Assembly (NCBI GenBank): GCA_963778655.1
Contig: CAVZVA010000002.1
Coordinates: 192,001 to 256,000 of the forward strand
Origin: an uncultured delta proteobacterium
Lineage (GTDB): Bacteria; Myxococcota_A; Polyangia; Polyangiales; JAFGIB01
Direction: 5' to 3'
DNA: 64,000 nucleotides
Shown here piece after piece: positions 30,558 through 42,600 of this stretch. The notes beneath the pieces were generated by a model that saw only the letters and a program-made list of their open reading frames with translations, was not told the DNA's origin and ran no database searches. Position 1 is the first letter of the stretch. Each line of letters begins with the position of its first letter. Made by a program: the position numbers and the translations under genes.

Positions 30558-30986
30558 ATGGAGCAGCTCGCCAACGTTTGCCGCCGGCCGCGGGGCGCGT
30601 GGCTCTTGCCGGCGGCGTGGCTGATCGCGGCCTGCGCTGGCACGCAGGCGCCGCCTCCCGCGGAGCCGCAGCAGACGCAGAGCGCGGCCTATCCGGGCCG
30701 CTGCGAGCTGGTCGGCCTGGACATGGTCGAGGCCCCGACCGATCGCGTCAGCGGAGATACCGGCTCCGTGCAGCTGGTGGCGACCTATCGGGCCGGCGAG
30801 CGCGCGGGCAAAAGTCCGCTCACGCTCTCGTTTCGAGTGAAGCGCGAGCGCGTGGAAGACTTGCGGGCGCAGCTGGAGCAGCACCCGACCGTTCTGTGCA
30901 ACCCGGGCGCCGAAGGCGCCGAGCATGGGGCCGTGCTCCAGGTGCCGCCGTTCGAGGGGCAAGCGGGCACGCCCGGGGCGCAGTGA
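30558..30986 (+). CDS. Hypothetical lipoprotein
   Basis: Lipobox IAAC; starts 1 nt after usp stop. Confidence 0.7.
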   Translation: MEQLANVCRRPRGAWLLPAAWLIAACAGTQAPPPAEPQQTQSAAYPGRCELVGLDMVEAPTDRVSGDTGSVQLVATYRAGERAGKSPLTLSFRVKRERVEDLRAQLEQHPTVLCNPGAEGAEHGAVLQVPPFEGQAGTPGAQ

Positions 30987-31040
30987 GCCGCGGCGTGCGC
31001 AGAAGTGCTCAGTTGGCCGGCTCGGTCAAAGTCTTTGGCA

Positions 31041-31210
31041 GGAAAGGTGCACCCCTGGGTCACAGAACCCAGGTCGGCCCGCATTAAGCCAGAGAGAGCT
31101 GGGACTGCGGCACCACCCACCCACCGAGTGTCGGGTCTGCGCTCTCGGCCCGGGTAGTATCCGGGACCGTTGTCCCCAAGAAGTCGGCAAGGTCACGGGC
31201 CAAGGACATG
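31041..31210 (+). ncRNA. IS110-like 5' non-coding end (bridge-RNA-like) without transposase
   Basis: Hairpins CCTGGGT/ACCCAGG, CCGAG/CTCGG, CCCGGG/TCCGGG; motif order recalled from IS110 leaders; not database-verified. Confidence 0.55.
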
Positions 31211-31303
31211 GACGCGAACCCTGTTCCCCAAGCGCAAACGGCCATGTTCTTGAACCGCGTCGTGGCGGCTGTTCGGCACGATTCAGACTGAGCGCGACTT
31301 CCC

Positions 31304-31354
31304 GTGCGGGGTCAGGCGTCCCCGTCCCGATGCCTGACCCCGCACTTGTTTATT
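31304..31354 (+). terminator. Strong intrinsic terminator-like hairpin
   Basis: GTGCGGGGTCAGGC / GCCTGACCCCGCAC perfect 14-bp stem followed by TTGTTTATT. Confidence 0.8.
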
Positions 31355-31490
31355 AACGGGAGGGTCACGCGACCTCCGGCGTGGCTGGCTGCGGTCGCGG
31401 CCCATCCGGGCGCGCCTGCGTGCACGCTGGGGCGCCGTTCCCGCCTGGTCGCGCGGCGCGTGCACCAGACCGGAGAGGCTCAGCCGCATT

Positions 31491-31655
31491 CGACCACGAG
31501 CACGGCTACGGCTACGGCTACGGCTACGAGTGCGAGTGCGAAGGCCGCGCGGGCCCCTGTCCCCGCCCAGCCGCCGCCGGGCACCAGACCGAAGGCGTTG
31601 AGGCATAAGCGACCACGACTACGGCGGCGAGCAGGAGTACGCGTACGGGAACGGG
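31491..31655. repeat. Intergenic hexamer-periodic repeats ((ACGGCT)x4; CGACCACGA x2)
   Basis: CACGAGCACGGCTACGGCTACGGCTACGGCTACGAGTGCGAGTGCGA and a degenerate second block at ~31610-31655. Confidence 0.75.
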
Positions 31656-31738
31656 ATGGGCTGGGGGGGCGTGCCGAGGCATGCAGCCGAGCGCCAACCG
31701 CCCATCTCCGACGGCGCACATCACGCTAAGCTCTCCGC

Positions 31739-33544
<1,806 letters not shown>

Positions 33545-33680
33545 GTCCTGAAACCAGGGCGCACGGGTGAGCCGGGAGGTCGCGGGCTCAGGCCTGCCGC
33601 AAGGCCCGCGGCAGGCCCCTGGCTGCGGGCGCGCCGGGGTGCTTACCAATTTGTTCGGGGCTATACTAAGCTCCCCGTCC

Positions 33681-33863
33681 ATGCCGGAGTCGATCGCCGT
33701 CGCAGCACAGAGCGTCGCCCAGGAGCGGCGAGTCCGCATCGCCAAGACCGTCGTCCTGACGCTGGCGTGCTTCGTCGGGCTGTCGCTGCTGACCGCCCTG
33801 GTCTTCGGTGCCTACAACACCGTGACCGACCGCCCGGCCAAAGAGATCTTCTACAGTCGCTAA
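33681..33863 (+). CDS. Small single-TM protein (60 aa)
   Basis: ATG 33681, GC3-rich codons, one TM helix, TATACT 13 nt upstream. Confidence 0.65.
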   Translation: MPESIAVAAQSVAQERRVRIAKTVVLTLACFVGLSLLTALVFGAYNTVTDRPAKEIFYSR

Positions 33864-34081
33864 ATCGGGTACGGGCGTGGAGCAGCGCAGGTCCGGCGCG
33901 CCATCATCTGTCCCCTTGCGGTGACCGTTGGGGCGAACGAGGTCGTGATGCTAGGATTGCCCCGGCTTGGTCGAGGCTGCTACGGGTTGACTTCAGGATC
34001 GTGCTCGGCGATGTCGTTGGGACACGCGCAGCAGCGATCGGCGATCGAAGGCTCGCTGTTGGCGGAAGTGGTGGGCGAGGC

Positions 34082-35101
34082 GTGCGCAAGTATCTCGGCT
34101 TTTCCGACCCCGTTCTTCCTACCAGTTACGGGCTGGCGCTGGCCAAGCTGCTCACGGAGCGCGGCGTGCCGGAAAGCCAGGCGCTCGAAGGCACCGAGAT
34201 CACCTCGGCGATGCTGCGCAGCCCCAAGGCGCGGCTTTCGTTCGAGCAGATGCTGCACCTGATCCAGGGCGCGCTCGAACGCAGCGGCGACGAGGGTCTG
34301 GGGCTCGAGCTGGGACGGCGCATCACCGTCTCTGGCATGGGCGTGGTGGGCTTCGCCGCGATGAGCCAGCAGGATCTGCGCTCGGCGATCGCGATCGCCG
34401 AGCGCTATCAGCGCGTGCTGGTGCCATACGTCACGATGCGCGCGCACGACGAAGGCGGCACCACCGTCCTGCACATCGACCCCGAGTTTCCGCTCGGGCC
34501 GTACAAGCCGTTCGTGATGGAAGCGATGCTTTCGTGCATTGCAAACGTGGGCCGCTTCTTGATCGGCGCGCCCCTGACCGGCACCACCGTTCACCTCGAC
34601 TACCCCGACCCCGGCTACGGCCAGCGCTACCGCGACGTGATCGGCTACCCGGTGGAATTCGAGAGCCCGCGGGTCGAGCTCCGGGTCCCGACCGCCGTGC
34701 TGGCGATGCCGCTGGTGCACGCGTGCGAGCCGACCGCGCGCATGGCCGAAGAGCTGTGCGAGCGAGAGCTGGCGCCGCTGCTCGGCCTGGACGGCGTCGT
34801 GCACAAGGTGCGGAGCATGCTGCAAGCCGAGGGCGAGCTGTTTCCGACCGTGCGCGACCTCGCCAAGGCCCTGCACACCAGTGAGCGCTCGCTGCGCCGC
34901 GCGCTGAGCGCGCACGGCACCAGCTACCAGGAGCTGCGCGACGAGGTGCGCATGCGGATGGCGCTGCACTACTTGACCTCGACCGCGACGCCGGTCGAGG
35001 AGGTGGCGCGCACGGTGGGCTTCACCAGCAGCCGCAGCTTCCGCCGCGCCTTGAGGCGCTGGACGGGCAAGTCGCCCAGCGACGTCCGCGCGGAAGGCTA
35101 G
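34082..35101 (+). CDS. AraC family transcriptional regulator
   Basis: GLGLELG, G..GFAAMS; HTH SERSLRRAL..GTSYQEL, VARTVGF....FRRALRRWTGKSP. Confidence 0.92.
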   Translation: MRKYLGFSDPVLPTSYGLALAKLLTERGVPESQALEGTEITSAMLRSPKARLSFEQMLHLIQGALERSGDEGLGLELGRRITVSGMGVVGFAAMSQQDLRSAIAIAERYQRVLVPYVTMRAHDEGGTTVLHIDPEFPLGPYKPFVMEAMLSCIANVGRFLIGAPLTGTTVHLDYPDPGYGQRYRDVIGYPVEFESPRVELRVPTAVLAMPLVHACEPTARMAEELCERELAPLLGLDGVVHKVRSMLQAEGELFPTVRDLAKALHTSERSLRRALSAHGTSYQELRDEVRMRMALHYLTSTATPVEEVARTVGFTSSRSFRRALRRWTGKSPSDVRAEG

Positions 35102-35290
35102 CGAGGCTGCGCCTCAGGAGATCATCCGGCCTCAAGCACACTGGCGAGGCTGGGCCTCGGACCCACGAGAGATGGCTCGCCCGTCTCGCCTTCGATGGCT
35201 TCTTCCCGTCTTCCCGGCTTCCTGTCGTCCTGACAGCGGTGCCGTTCGGGCTTTGACAAGCTGGCGGTCGGCTCCCACCATTGCCGCGTC

Positions 35291-36787
35291 ATGTCGCGCA
35301 TCGAAGCGCTTTCGGAGCTGCCTCGCGGCACGCGGCTGCTGCTCGGGGGCGACCGCCTGATCGCGGTGCCCGACGAGATCTGCCAGCGCTTCCAGCCCGG
35401 CGACGCCGTGGTGGTGGTGGAAGCCACGAGCGAAGTGCTGCTGATCCCGGCCGCGGAACGCCGCCTGGCGAGCGAGGCCGTGGAGCGCGCGCACGCCGCC
35501 TTCGCAGCGATGAGCTCGGCGAGCGACGCCGATGTCTCGCGCTTCTTCGAAGGCTTCGCAGCCAGGCTGGAATCGGACGCGGCGTGGGCCGCAGTCCTCG
35601 AAGCCAATCGCGAAGACCTCGCGGATGCGCGGCGCCGGGGCCGCTCGACCACGCGCCTGGAGGCGACCGCCACCATGCGCCGCGACATGGCTGCCGGGCT
35701 GCGCGGCTGGATCGGCGCCCCGAGCCGGCGCGGCCAGCTGCTCGAGCGCGTCGATCACGACGGCTGGGCGGTCGAGCTGCTGGGCGCGGCGCTGGGCGTG
35801 GTCGCGTTCGTGTTCGAGGGCCGGCCCAACGTGCTGGCGGACGCGACCGGCGTGCTGCGCGGAGGCAACACGGTGGTGCTGCGCATCGGGCGCGACGCGC
35901 TGCGCACGGCCGCAGCGATCATGCACGCGGCGCTGACTCCCGCCCTGCTCGAGGCCGGGCTGCCGCGGGACGCGGTGCGCTTGCTGGAGAGCCCCGAGCA
36001 CGCCGCAGGCCATGCGCTGTTCTGCGACCGGCGACTGTCGCTGGCGGTCGCACGCGGTTCTGGACCCGCGGTGGCGACGCTCGGGGCGCTGGCGCAACAG
36101 GCGGGGGTGCCGGTGAGCCTGCACGGAACCGGCGGTGCTTGGATCGTCGCTTCGGCCAGCACGCAGCCACAGACGCTCGAGGACGCGGTGTTGGCGTCGC
36201 TCGACCGCAAGGTGTGCAACACGCTCAACACCCTGTGCCTGCCGCGGGCGCGCGCCGCCGAGCTGCTGCCCGCGGCGCTGCGCGGTCTGCAGCGCGCCGG
36301 CGAGCGCCTCGGTGAGAGCTTCAAGCTGCACGTGGTGGAAGAGCACGCGGGCGCGCTGCCCGCGGAGCTGTTCGCGCGCGAGATCGCCGTACGCCGTCCC
36401 CAGGGCGCGGTGATGGAGCGCCAGGCAGAGCGGCTGGCCGAAAGCGAGCTGGGGCGCGAGTGGGAGTGGGAGCAGACGCCGGAGATCAGCCTGACGCTGG
36501 TCGAGGACGTGGCACATGCGGTGGCGCTGTTCAACCGCTACAGCCCGCAGTTCATCGCCAGCTTGCTCAGCCAGGATCCGGCCGAGCATGAACGCTTCTA
36601 CGCCGCGATCAACGCCGCCTTCGTCGGCGACGGTCCCACGCGCTGGGTCGACGGACAGAAGGCACTGCGACGCCCCGAGCTCGGGCTGTCCAACTGGCAG
36701 TGGGGCCGGCTGTTCGGGCGCGGCGGCATCCTCAGCGGCGACAGCGTCTACACCGTGCGCACGCGTGCGAGGCGCAGCGCGCGCTGA
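35291..36787 (+). CDS. proA: Gamma-glutamyl phosphate reductase (ProA-like) with N-terminal extension
   Basis: EANREDL, LGVVAFVFEGRPNV, GNTVVLR.G, ARGSG, HGTG, catalytic VCNTLN, EW, ELGLS. Confidence 0.8.
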   Translation: MSRIEALSELPRGTRLLLGGDRLIAVPDEICQRFQPGDAVVVVEATSEVLLIPAAERRLASEAVERAHAAFAAMSSASDADVSRFFEGFAARLESDAAWAAVLEANREDLADARRRGRSTTRLEATATMRRDMAAGLRGWIGAPSRRGQLLERVDHDGWAVELLGAALGVVAFVFEGRPNVLADATGVLRGGNTVVLRIGRDALRTAAAIMHAALTPALLEAGLPRDAVRLLESPEHAAGHALFCDRRLSLAVARGSGPAVATLGALAQQAGVPVSLHGTGGAWIVASASTQPQTLEDAVLASLDRKVCNTLNTLCLPRARAAELLPAALRGLQRAGERLGESFKLHVVEEHAGALPAELFAREIAVRRPQGAVMERQAERLAESELGREWEWEQTPEISLTLVEDVAHAVALFNRYSPQFIASLLSQDPAEHERFYAAINAAFVGDGPTRWVDGQKALRRPELGLSNWQWGRLFGRGGILSGDSVYTVRTRARRSAR

Positions 36788-36926
36788 GGCGCAGCGAGTG
36801 CGCCTTTGTGCGTGCGGAGGGCGCCGGCCTTTCACTCGTGAAAGGCGGCGTTCATTTCTGCGGCGGCGACGCGGCGGCGCCGCACGAAACCATTCGTCTA
36901 TGTGACGCGCGCCTGGCAATGGTTTC

Positions 36927-36942
36927 GGGCATGTGACTTGCA
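36927..36942 (+). promoter_or_regulatory. Candidate sigma54 (-24/-12) promoter
   Basis: GGGCATG-TGAC-TTGCA fits GG-N10-GC (consensus TGGCACG-N4-TTGCW). Confidence 0.55.
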
Positions 36943-36956
36943 GCTGCAATAGTTGG

Positions 36957-37469
36957 ATGCCGCGCGATCGCCGAGACCACCTGCGCGTACCGCGAGGTGT
37001 TTTGGGTACCTTGCCGCCCACTGTGTGGGACCGCGGCGCTTCGACGCCAGGCGCAGCCAAATCCTTGCGCGTACCGAGGTCGCGCACCGCCAGCGGCGTC
37101 GCGCGCGTGCTGCTGGTCGAGCCCTCACCGGTCTTGCGTGCGATCTTCACGCGGGCGTTTGCGGCGCGCGGCCACACCGTGACCGCGACTGGAACCCTGA
37201 GCGACACCTATCGTCTGCTCGATCACTTCGACCCGCACATCGTCGTGGCGGAGCTGATCTTGTCGGACGGCCGAGGCGACATCGCGTGCAAGCGCATCAA
37301 GACCAGAGCGGACAAGCTGCGGCCGGTCGTGCTGGTCTCGGCCGGGCCCGAGGTCGAGCTGGCCCACAGCGCCGCGGACGCCGGCGCAGACCGTTTCCAC
37401 AACAAGAGCCGCGGCCTCGAGGAGCTGGTGGAGCTGGTCGAGGAGCTGGTGGCCGAGATCGTGTTCTGA
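36957..37469 (+). CDS. Stand-alone atypical receiver-domain protein
   Basis: RVLLVE, PHIVVAEL (Glu at phospho-Asp position), PVVLVSA, AGAD.FHNK; start uncertain. Confidence 0.75.
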   Translation: MPRDRRDHLRVPRGVLGTLPPTVWDRGASTPGAAKSLRVPRSRTASGVARVLLVEPSPVLRAIFTRAFAARGHTVTATGTLSDTYRLLDHFDPHIVVAELILSDGRGDIACKRIKTRADKLRPVVLVSAGPEVELAHSAADAGADRFHNKSRGLEELVELVEELVAEIVF

Positions 37470-37545
37470 GCCGGGTTTCGCGCTCCTTCTGCGGCCCTCG
37501 CTTGTTCCGCGCTTGTCGGACCCGTCCCGCGCTCCTGTTGATGCT

Positions 37546-38331
37546 TCAGCCGATGCGCTGCCAGTAGTCGTCGAGCCGGCCCTGCATCACCGCGCGCACG
37601 CGTTCGATCAGCGCGGGCACGTCGCGCCGCGTGAGATCCGCGGTCTCGATCGGGGCGTCGCAGTAGACGGTGACCTCGTGGCCCGGGCGGATCAAGGACG
37701 AGCCCTTGCGCATCACGCGGTACATGCCGGTCACGGTGACGGGCACGATCGGCGCGCCGAGCTGTTGGGTCACGCGGAATAGCCCAGGCTGCAGCTCGCC
37801 GAGGTGGCCGGTCAGCGTGCGCGTGCCTTCTGGAAAGACCAACAGCGAGCTGCCGCGCGCGAGCTCCTCGCGCATGCGCCGCACCAGCACGCGCAGCTGA
37901 CCCGGGTCTCCGCGACGCACCGCGATCGTGCCGCGCCGGCGCATGTACTGGCCGTACACCGGATAGCGAAAGTGCTCCTCCAGCTCCACACCCTGTTTGA
38001 AGTGCGGCGTGGCGCAGTACAGCGTGCAGTGGTCGAGGTGATTGACGTGGTTCTGGAAGAAGACGTAGGGCCGTGTCGGATCGATCGCCGGGTCGACCAC
38101 CGCGCGCCAGCGCGAGCCGGTGAGCGCGACCTGCCCGCGCGTGTACAGGCGCTCCAGCCATTGAATGCGCCGCGGGTCGACCACGCGATAGAGGGCTATC
38201 TGCACGCCCATCATCGGCAGCAGCCAGGCCAGTCCCGCGCCCCATAGCGCGGCGGAGATCGCATAATCGAGCGGCCCGTCGTCAGCGAGCGGTACGCGTG
38301 CGGGCGTGAGTCTGGCGTCGTCTTCGGGCAT
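37546..38331 (-). CDS. Lysophospholipid acyltransferase (PlsC family)
   Basis: NHVNHLD (HX4D), VFPEGTRT, PIVPV. Confidence 0.92.
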   Translation of the reverse strand: MPEDDARLTPARVPLADDGPLDYAISAALWGAGLAWLLPMMGVQIALYRVVDPRRIQWLERLYTRGQVALTGSRWRAVVDPAIDPTRPYVFFQNHVNHLDHCTLYCATPHFKQGVELEEHFRYPVYGQYMRRRGTIAVRRGDPGQLRVLVRRMREELARGSSLLVFPEGTRTLTGHLGELQPGLFRVTQQLGAPIVPVTVTGMYRVMRKGSSLIRPGHEVTVYCDAPIETADLTRRDVPALIERVRAVMQGRLDDYWQRIG

Positions 38332-38631
38332 CGCGCAGGCGGCGCGAGCAGAGCAGGCCCGCGGCGCACGCATTCTACGCGCTGGTCCTGCGCCCGGGTG
38401 ATCTTGATCGTCCTCGCGCCCGATCTGGTGCCGCCGGCGACCTCGCTTTCCTCGAAAGGGGGCTACCCTTCCTTCGTCAACCGACGCCCCGCTCAGCGCC
38501 ACCTCGGACGCGATCATCGACCAACATCACCCGGGCGGAGCACCAGCGGCCCGAAATCGCGGGATCTGGCTTGACAAAAAGGGCCTCGAGGCCTTCACGA
38601 ACGCCTCGACCTGCTATAGTTCGGGCCCGTC

Positions 38632-39528
38632 GTGCACACCTTCCTCTTGATCCCCTGGTTCCAGCTCCATCCCTGGGCGATTCCGTTCCCGGTGATCGGG
38701 ACGCTCAAGCTGCAGCCCTTCGGCCTGCTGGTGGCGATCGGCATCCTGCTGGGAAGCCGCATGGCCGAGTGGCGCGCCGAGAAGACCGGCATTCCCCGCC
38801 AGATCATCGCGGACTTCCTGGTCTACACCATCGTGATCGGGCTGGTCTCCTGCTACTTTCTCAACGCGGCCTTCTACAAGCCCTCGGACCTGCTCGACAT
38901 CGCGCGCGACCCGACTCAGCTGTTCAAGAAGTACCTGGGGCTGTCATCGTACGGCGGCTTCATCGGCGGGGTCGCGGCGGCGGCCTGGTTCCGGCACAAG
39001 AAGCAGATGTCGATCATCGTGCTGGGCGACATCTTCTGTTTCGCCTTCCCATTCGCCTGGTTCTTCGGCCGCAGCGGCTGCTTCGTGGTGCATGATCATC
39101 CGGGCCTGGTCAGCCACTTCTTTCTCGCCGTCGACAACTACAACGGCGAGGGCGTGCCGCGGCACGATCTCGGGCTGTACGAGGTGCTGTGGAGCGCCGC
39201 GGCCGCCGGGCTGTTCCTGTGGCTCGCGCGCAAACCGCGCCGCCGCGGGTTCTTCCTGGTGCTGTTGCCGCTGTTGTACGCGCCGGTGCGCTTCATGCTC
39301 GACTACCTGCGGGAGACGCCGGAGAACGGCGGCGACGTGCGCTACTACGGCTTCACGCCGGGGCAGTACGCCTCGGTGCTATTTCTGGTGCTCGGCATCG
39401 TGATGGCGGTGCGTATCGCGCGCGGGCCCGAGCCGACCCTGATGCTCGACGGCGGGCCGATTCCGACCCCCCCGCCCGAGCCCGACAAGGGCAAGGCCAA
39501 GGCCAAGGGCAGGCAGCGCGCCAAGTAG
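38632..39528 (+). CDS. lgt: Prolipoprotein diacylglyceryl transferase
   Basis: FGLLVAIG, GLSSYGGFIGG, GRSGCF..H.HPG, RHDLGLYE, Y..VRF..DYLR; extended -10 TGCTATAGT upstream. Confidence 0.88.
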   Translation: MHTFLLIPWFQLHPWAIPFPVIGTLKLQPFGLLVAIGILLGSRMAEWRAEKTGIPRQIIADFLVYTIVIGLVSCYFLNAAFYKPSDLLDIARDPTQLFKKYLGLSSYGGFIGGVAAAAWFRHKKQMSIIVLGDIFCFAFPFAWFFGRSGCFVVHDHPGLVSHFFLAVDNYNGEGVPRHDLGLYEVLWSAAAAGLFLWLARKPRRRGFFLVLLPLLYAPVRFMLDYLRETPENGGDVRYYGFTPGQYASVLFLVLGIVMAVRIARGPEPTLMLDGGPIPTPPPEPDKGKAKAKGRQRAK

Positions 39529-39609
39529 CCGGGATCGCGCGGCTCCGCGCGGTGGAGCAGGGCCGCCCCGCGAAGGTGAGCGCGCCCCCGGTGTGCTACC
39601 CTCAACAGC

Positions 39610-42600
39610 GTGCGCGTAGTCACGGCGACATCGCTGTTCGACGGCCACGATGCGGCGATCAACATCGTGCGCCGCCTGCTGCAGAGTCAGGGGGCCGAGG
39701 TGATCCACCTCGGCCACGACCGCTCGGTCGACGAGATCGTCACCGCCGCGATCCAGGAGGACGCCGACGCGATCGCCGTATCTTCGTATCAGGGCGGCCA
39801 CAACGAGTTCTTCCGCTTCATGCTGGACGAGCTGCGCGCGCGCGGCGCCGGCCATGTGCGCGTCTACGGCGGCGGCGGCGGCACCATCCTCGAGCACGAG
39901 GCGCGCGCGCTGGAAGCCTACGGGGTGGCGCGCATCTTCGGCCCCGAGGAGGGCCGCGCGCTCGGGCTGCAGGGCATGGTGGCCGCCATGCTGCAGCCGC
40001 AGGGGCGGCCCGAGCCACCTGCGCCGGCCGCCGAGGGCGTGCTGCTTTCGCCGCGCGAGCCGCTGGCGATCGCGCGCAGTATCAGCTGGCTCGAGCGCTT
40101 TGGCCCCGAGGGCGGGCCTGGCGTCGAGGCGCTGCGCGCGGCGCTGCGCGCGCACAGGACGCGCCCCGCGCCGGTGCTGGGCTTCACCGGCACCGGGGGC
40201 GCGGGCAAGTCCAGCGTGGTCGACGAGCTGGTGCGGCGCCTGCGCCGGGATGCGCCGGAGGCGACGCTGGGGCTGCTGTTGGTCGACCCGAGCCGGCGGC
40301 GCAGCGGCGGTGCGCTGCTCGGCGACCGCATCCGTTTCAACGCGATCCACGCGCCCAACGTCTACGTGCGCTCGCTCGCCACCCGTCGCGCGCACCTGTC
40401 GCTGTCGGCGGCAGTGGCGGACGCGGTGCTAGTGCTGCAAGCCGCGGGCTTCGACTTGGTCCTGGTGGAGACCGCGGGCATCGGACAGAGCGATTCCGAG
40501 ATCATCGATCTGGCGGACGTCTCGGTGTATGTGATGACGCCCGAGTTCGGCGCACCGTCGCAGCTCGAGAAGATCGACATGCTCGAGCTCGGTGATGTGG
40601 TGGTGCTGAACAAGCACGATCGCCGCGGCGCGGCCGACGCGCTGCGCGACGTGCGCAAGCAGTGGAGGCGCAACCACGTCGCGTTCGACCTCGCGGACGA
40701 GCAGATCCCGGTGTTCCCAACCATCGCCAGCCAGTGGGACGACCCGGGCCTCGAGCGGCTCTACCAGCACCTGCGCCAGCGCGCGATCGAGGCCGGCGCG
40801 GCGGTGCTGGACGTGCCTGCGCCTTCCGCGGCGCTCGAGGTGGCGGTCCAGCACGGCGCAGTGGTGCCGCCCGAGCGCGAGCGCTATCTGGCCGAGATCG
40901 CGAGCGCGGTGCGCGCCTACCGCGCGGCCACCGAGGCCCAGGCCGAGATCGCCGCGGACGCCGAGGCCTTCGCCCGCGCGCTGCACGCCTTCGGCGGGCC
41001 GCCGCTGGCGATCGCGGAAGCACTGCCGCAGGAGAGAGCGGCAGCGCACGCGAGCGAGCCGGGGCGCGCGCTGCGCGCGCGCTATCAGGCGGCGCTCGAG
41101 GAGCTCGCGCCCGAGCTGCGCGCGGCGTTGCGCGCCTGGCCCGAGACCTGCGCGCGCTATCAGGCCGAGAGCCAGCACTACCAGGTGCGCGGGCGCGAGC
41201 TGAGCGTGGAGAACCAGGTCGAGACCCTGGCGCACACCAAGCTGCCGCGGGTGGCGCTACCGGCCAGCCGCAGCTGGGGTGAGCTGGCGCGCTATCTGCG
41301 CGCCGAGGGTCTGCCCGGATCGTTTCCCTTTACCGCAGGCGTGTTCCCGTTCAAGCGCAAGAACGAGGACCCGGGACGCATGTTCGCGGGCGAGGGCGGC
41401 CCCGAGCGCACCAACCGCCGCTTTCACCTGCTGGCCGCGGGGCAGCCCGCGGTGCGGCTGTCCACCGCCTTCGACAGCGTCACGCTCTACGGGCGCGATC
41501 CGGCCGAGCGCCCGGACGTCTACGGCAAGGTCGGTAACTCCGGGGTGTCGGTGTGCACGCTGGACGACGCCAAGAAGCTCTACTCGGGCTTCGACCTGTG
41601 CGACCCGCGCACCTCGGTGTCGATGACGATCAACGGTCCGGCTCCGACCGTGCTGGCGTTCTTTCTCAACGCCGCGATCGATCAACAGGTCGAAAAGCAC
41701 TTGCGGCAGAGCGGGCGGCTCGAGCAGGTGCGCGCGCGCTTCGCTGGCCGCGGGCTGCCGGAGTATCGCGGGCCACTGCCGCAGGGGCACGACGGCCTCG
41801 GCCTTGGCTTGCTGGGGATCGCGGGCGACGAGGCGGTGGACGCCGAGACCTATGCGCGGATCGCTGCAGAGGTCCTGCGCACGGTGCGCGGCACGGTGCA
41901 GGCCGACATCCTCAAGGAAGACCAGGCCCAGAACACGTGCATCTTCTCGACCGGCTTCGCTCTGCGCTTGATGGGCGATATCCAGAGCTACTTCGTCGAG
42001 CACGCCGTGGGCAATTTCTATTCGGTCTCCATCTCTGGCTATCACATCGCCGAAGCGGGAGCGAATCCGATCACCCAGCTCGCGTTCACGCTGGCCAACG
42101 GCTTCACCTACGTCGAGCACTACCTGGCGCGTGGCATGAAGATCGACGACTTCGCGCCGAGCTTTTCCTTCTTCTTCAGCAACGGGCTCGACGCCGAGTA
42201 CAACGTGATCGGGCGGGTAGCGCGTCGCATCTGGGCGATCGCGCTGCGCGAGCGTTACGGCGGCGCCGAACGCAGCCAGAAGCTCAAGTACCACGTGCAG
42301 ACCTCGGGACGCTCGCTGCATGCGCAGGAGATGGCATTCAACGACATTCGCACCACGCTACAGGCGCTTTCCGGCCTGTTCGACAACTGCAACAGCCTGC
42401 ACACCAACGCCTACGACGAGGCGGTGACCACGCCGACCGAGGAGTCAGTGCGGCGCGCGGTCGCGATCCAGCTGATCATCCAGCGCGAGCTGGGGCTGGC
42501 GCAGAACGAGAACCCGATCCAGGGCTCATACGTGATCGAAAGGCTGACCGACCTGGTCGAGGAAGCCGTGCTGCAAGAGCTGGAGCGGCTTTCGGAACGC

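Noticed and set aside
31208..31291. Short ORF as an IS110 transposase fragment
   Set aside because: No G.D.HK RuvC-like motif visible here, so not called a pseudogene
38571..38620. TTGACA plus TATAGT as one sigma70 promoter
   Set aside because: Spacing is 38 bp; only the extended -10 is plausible for lgt
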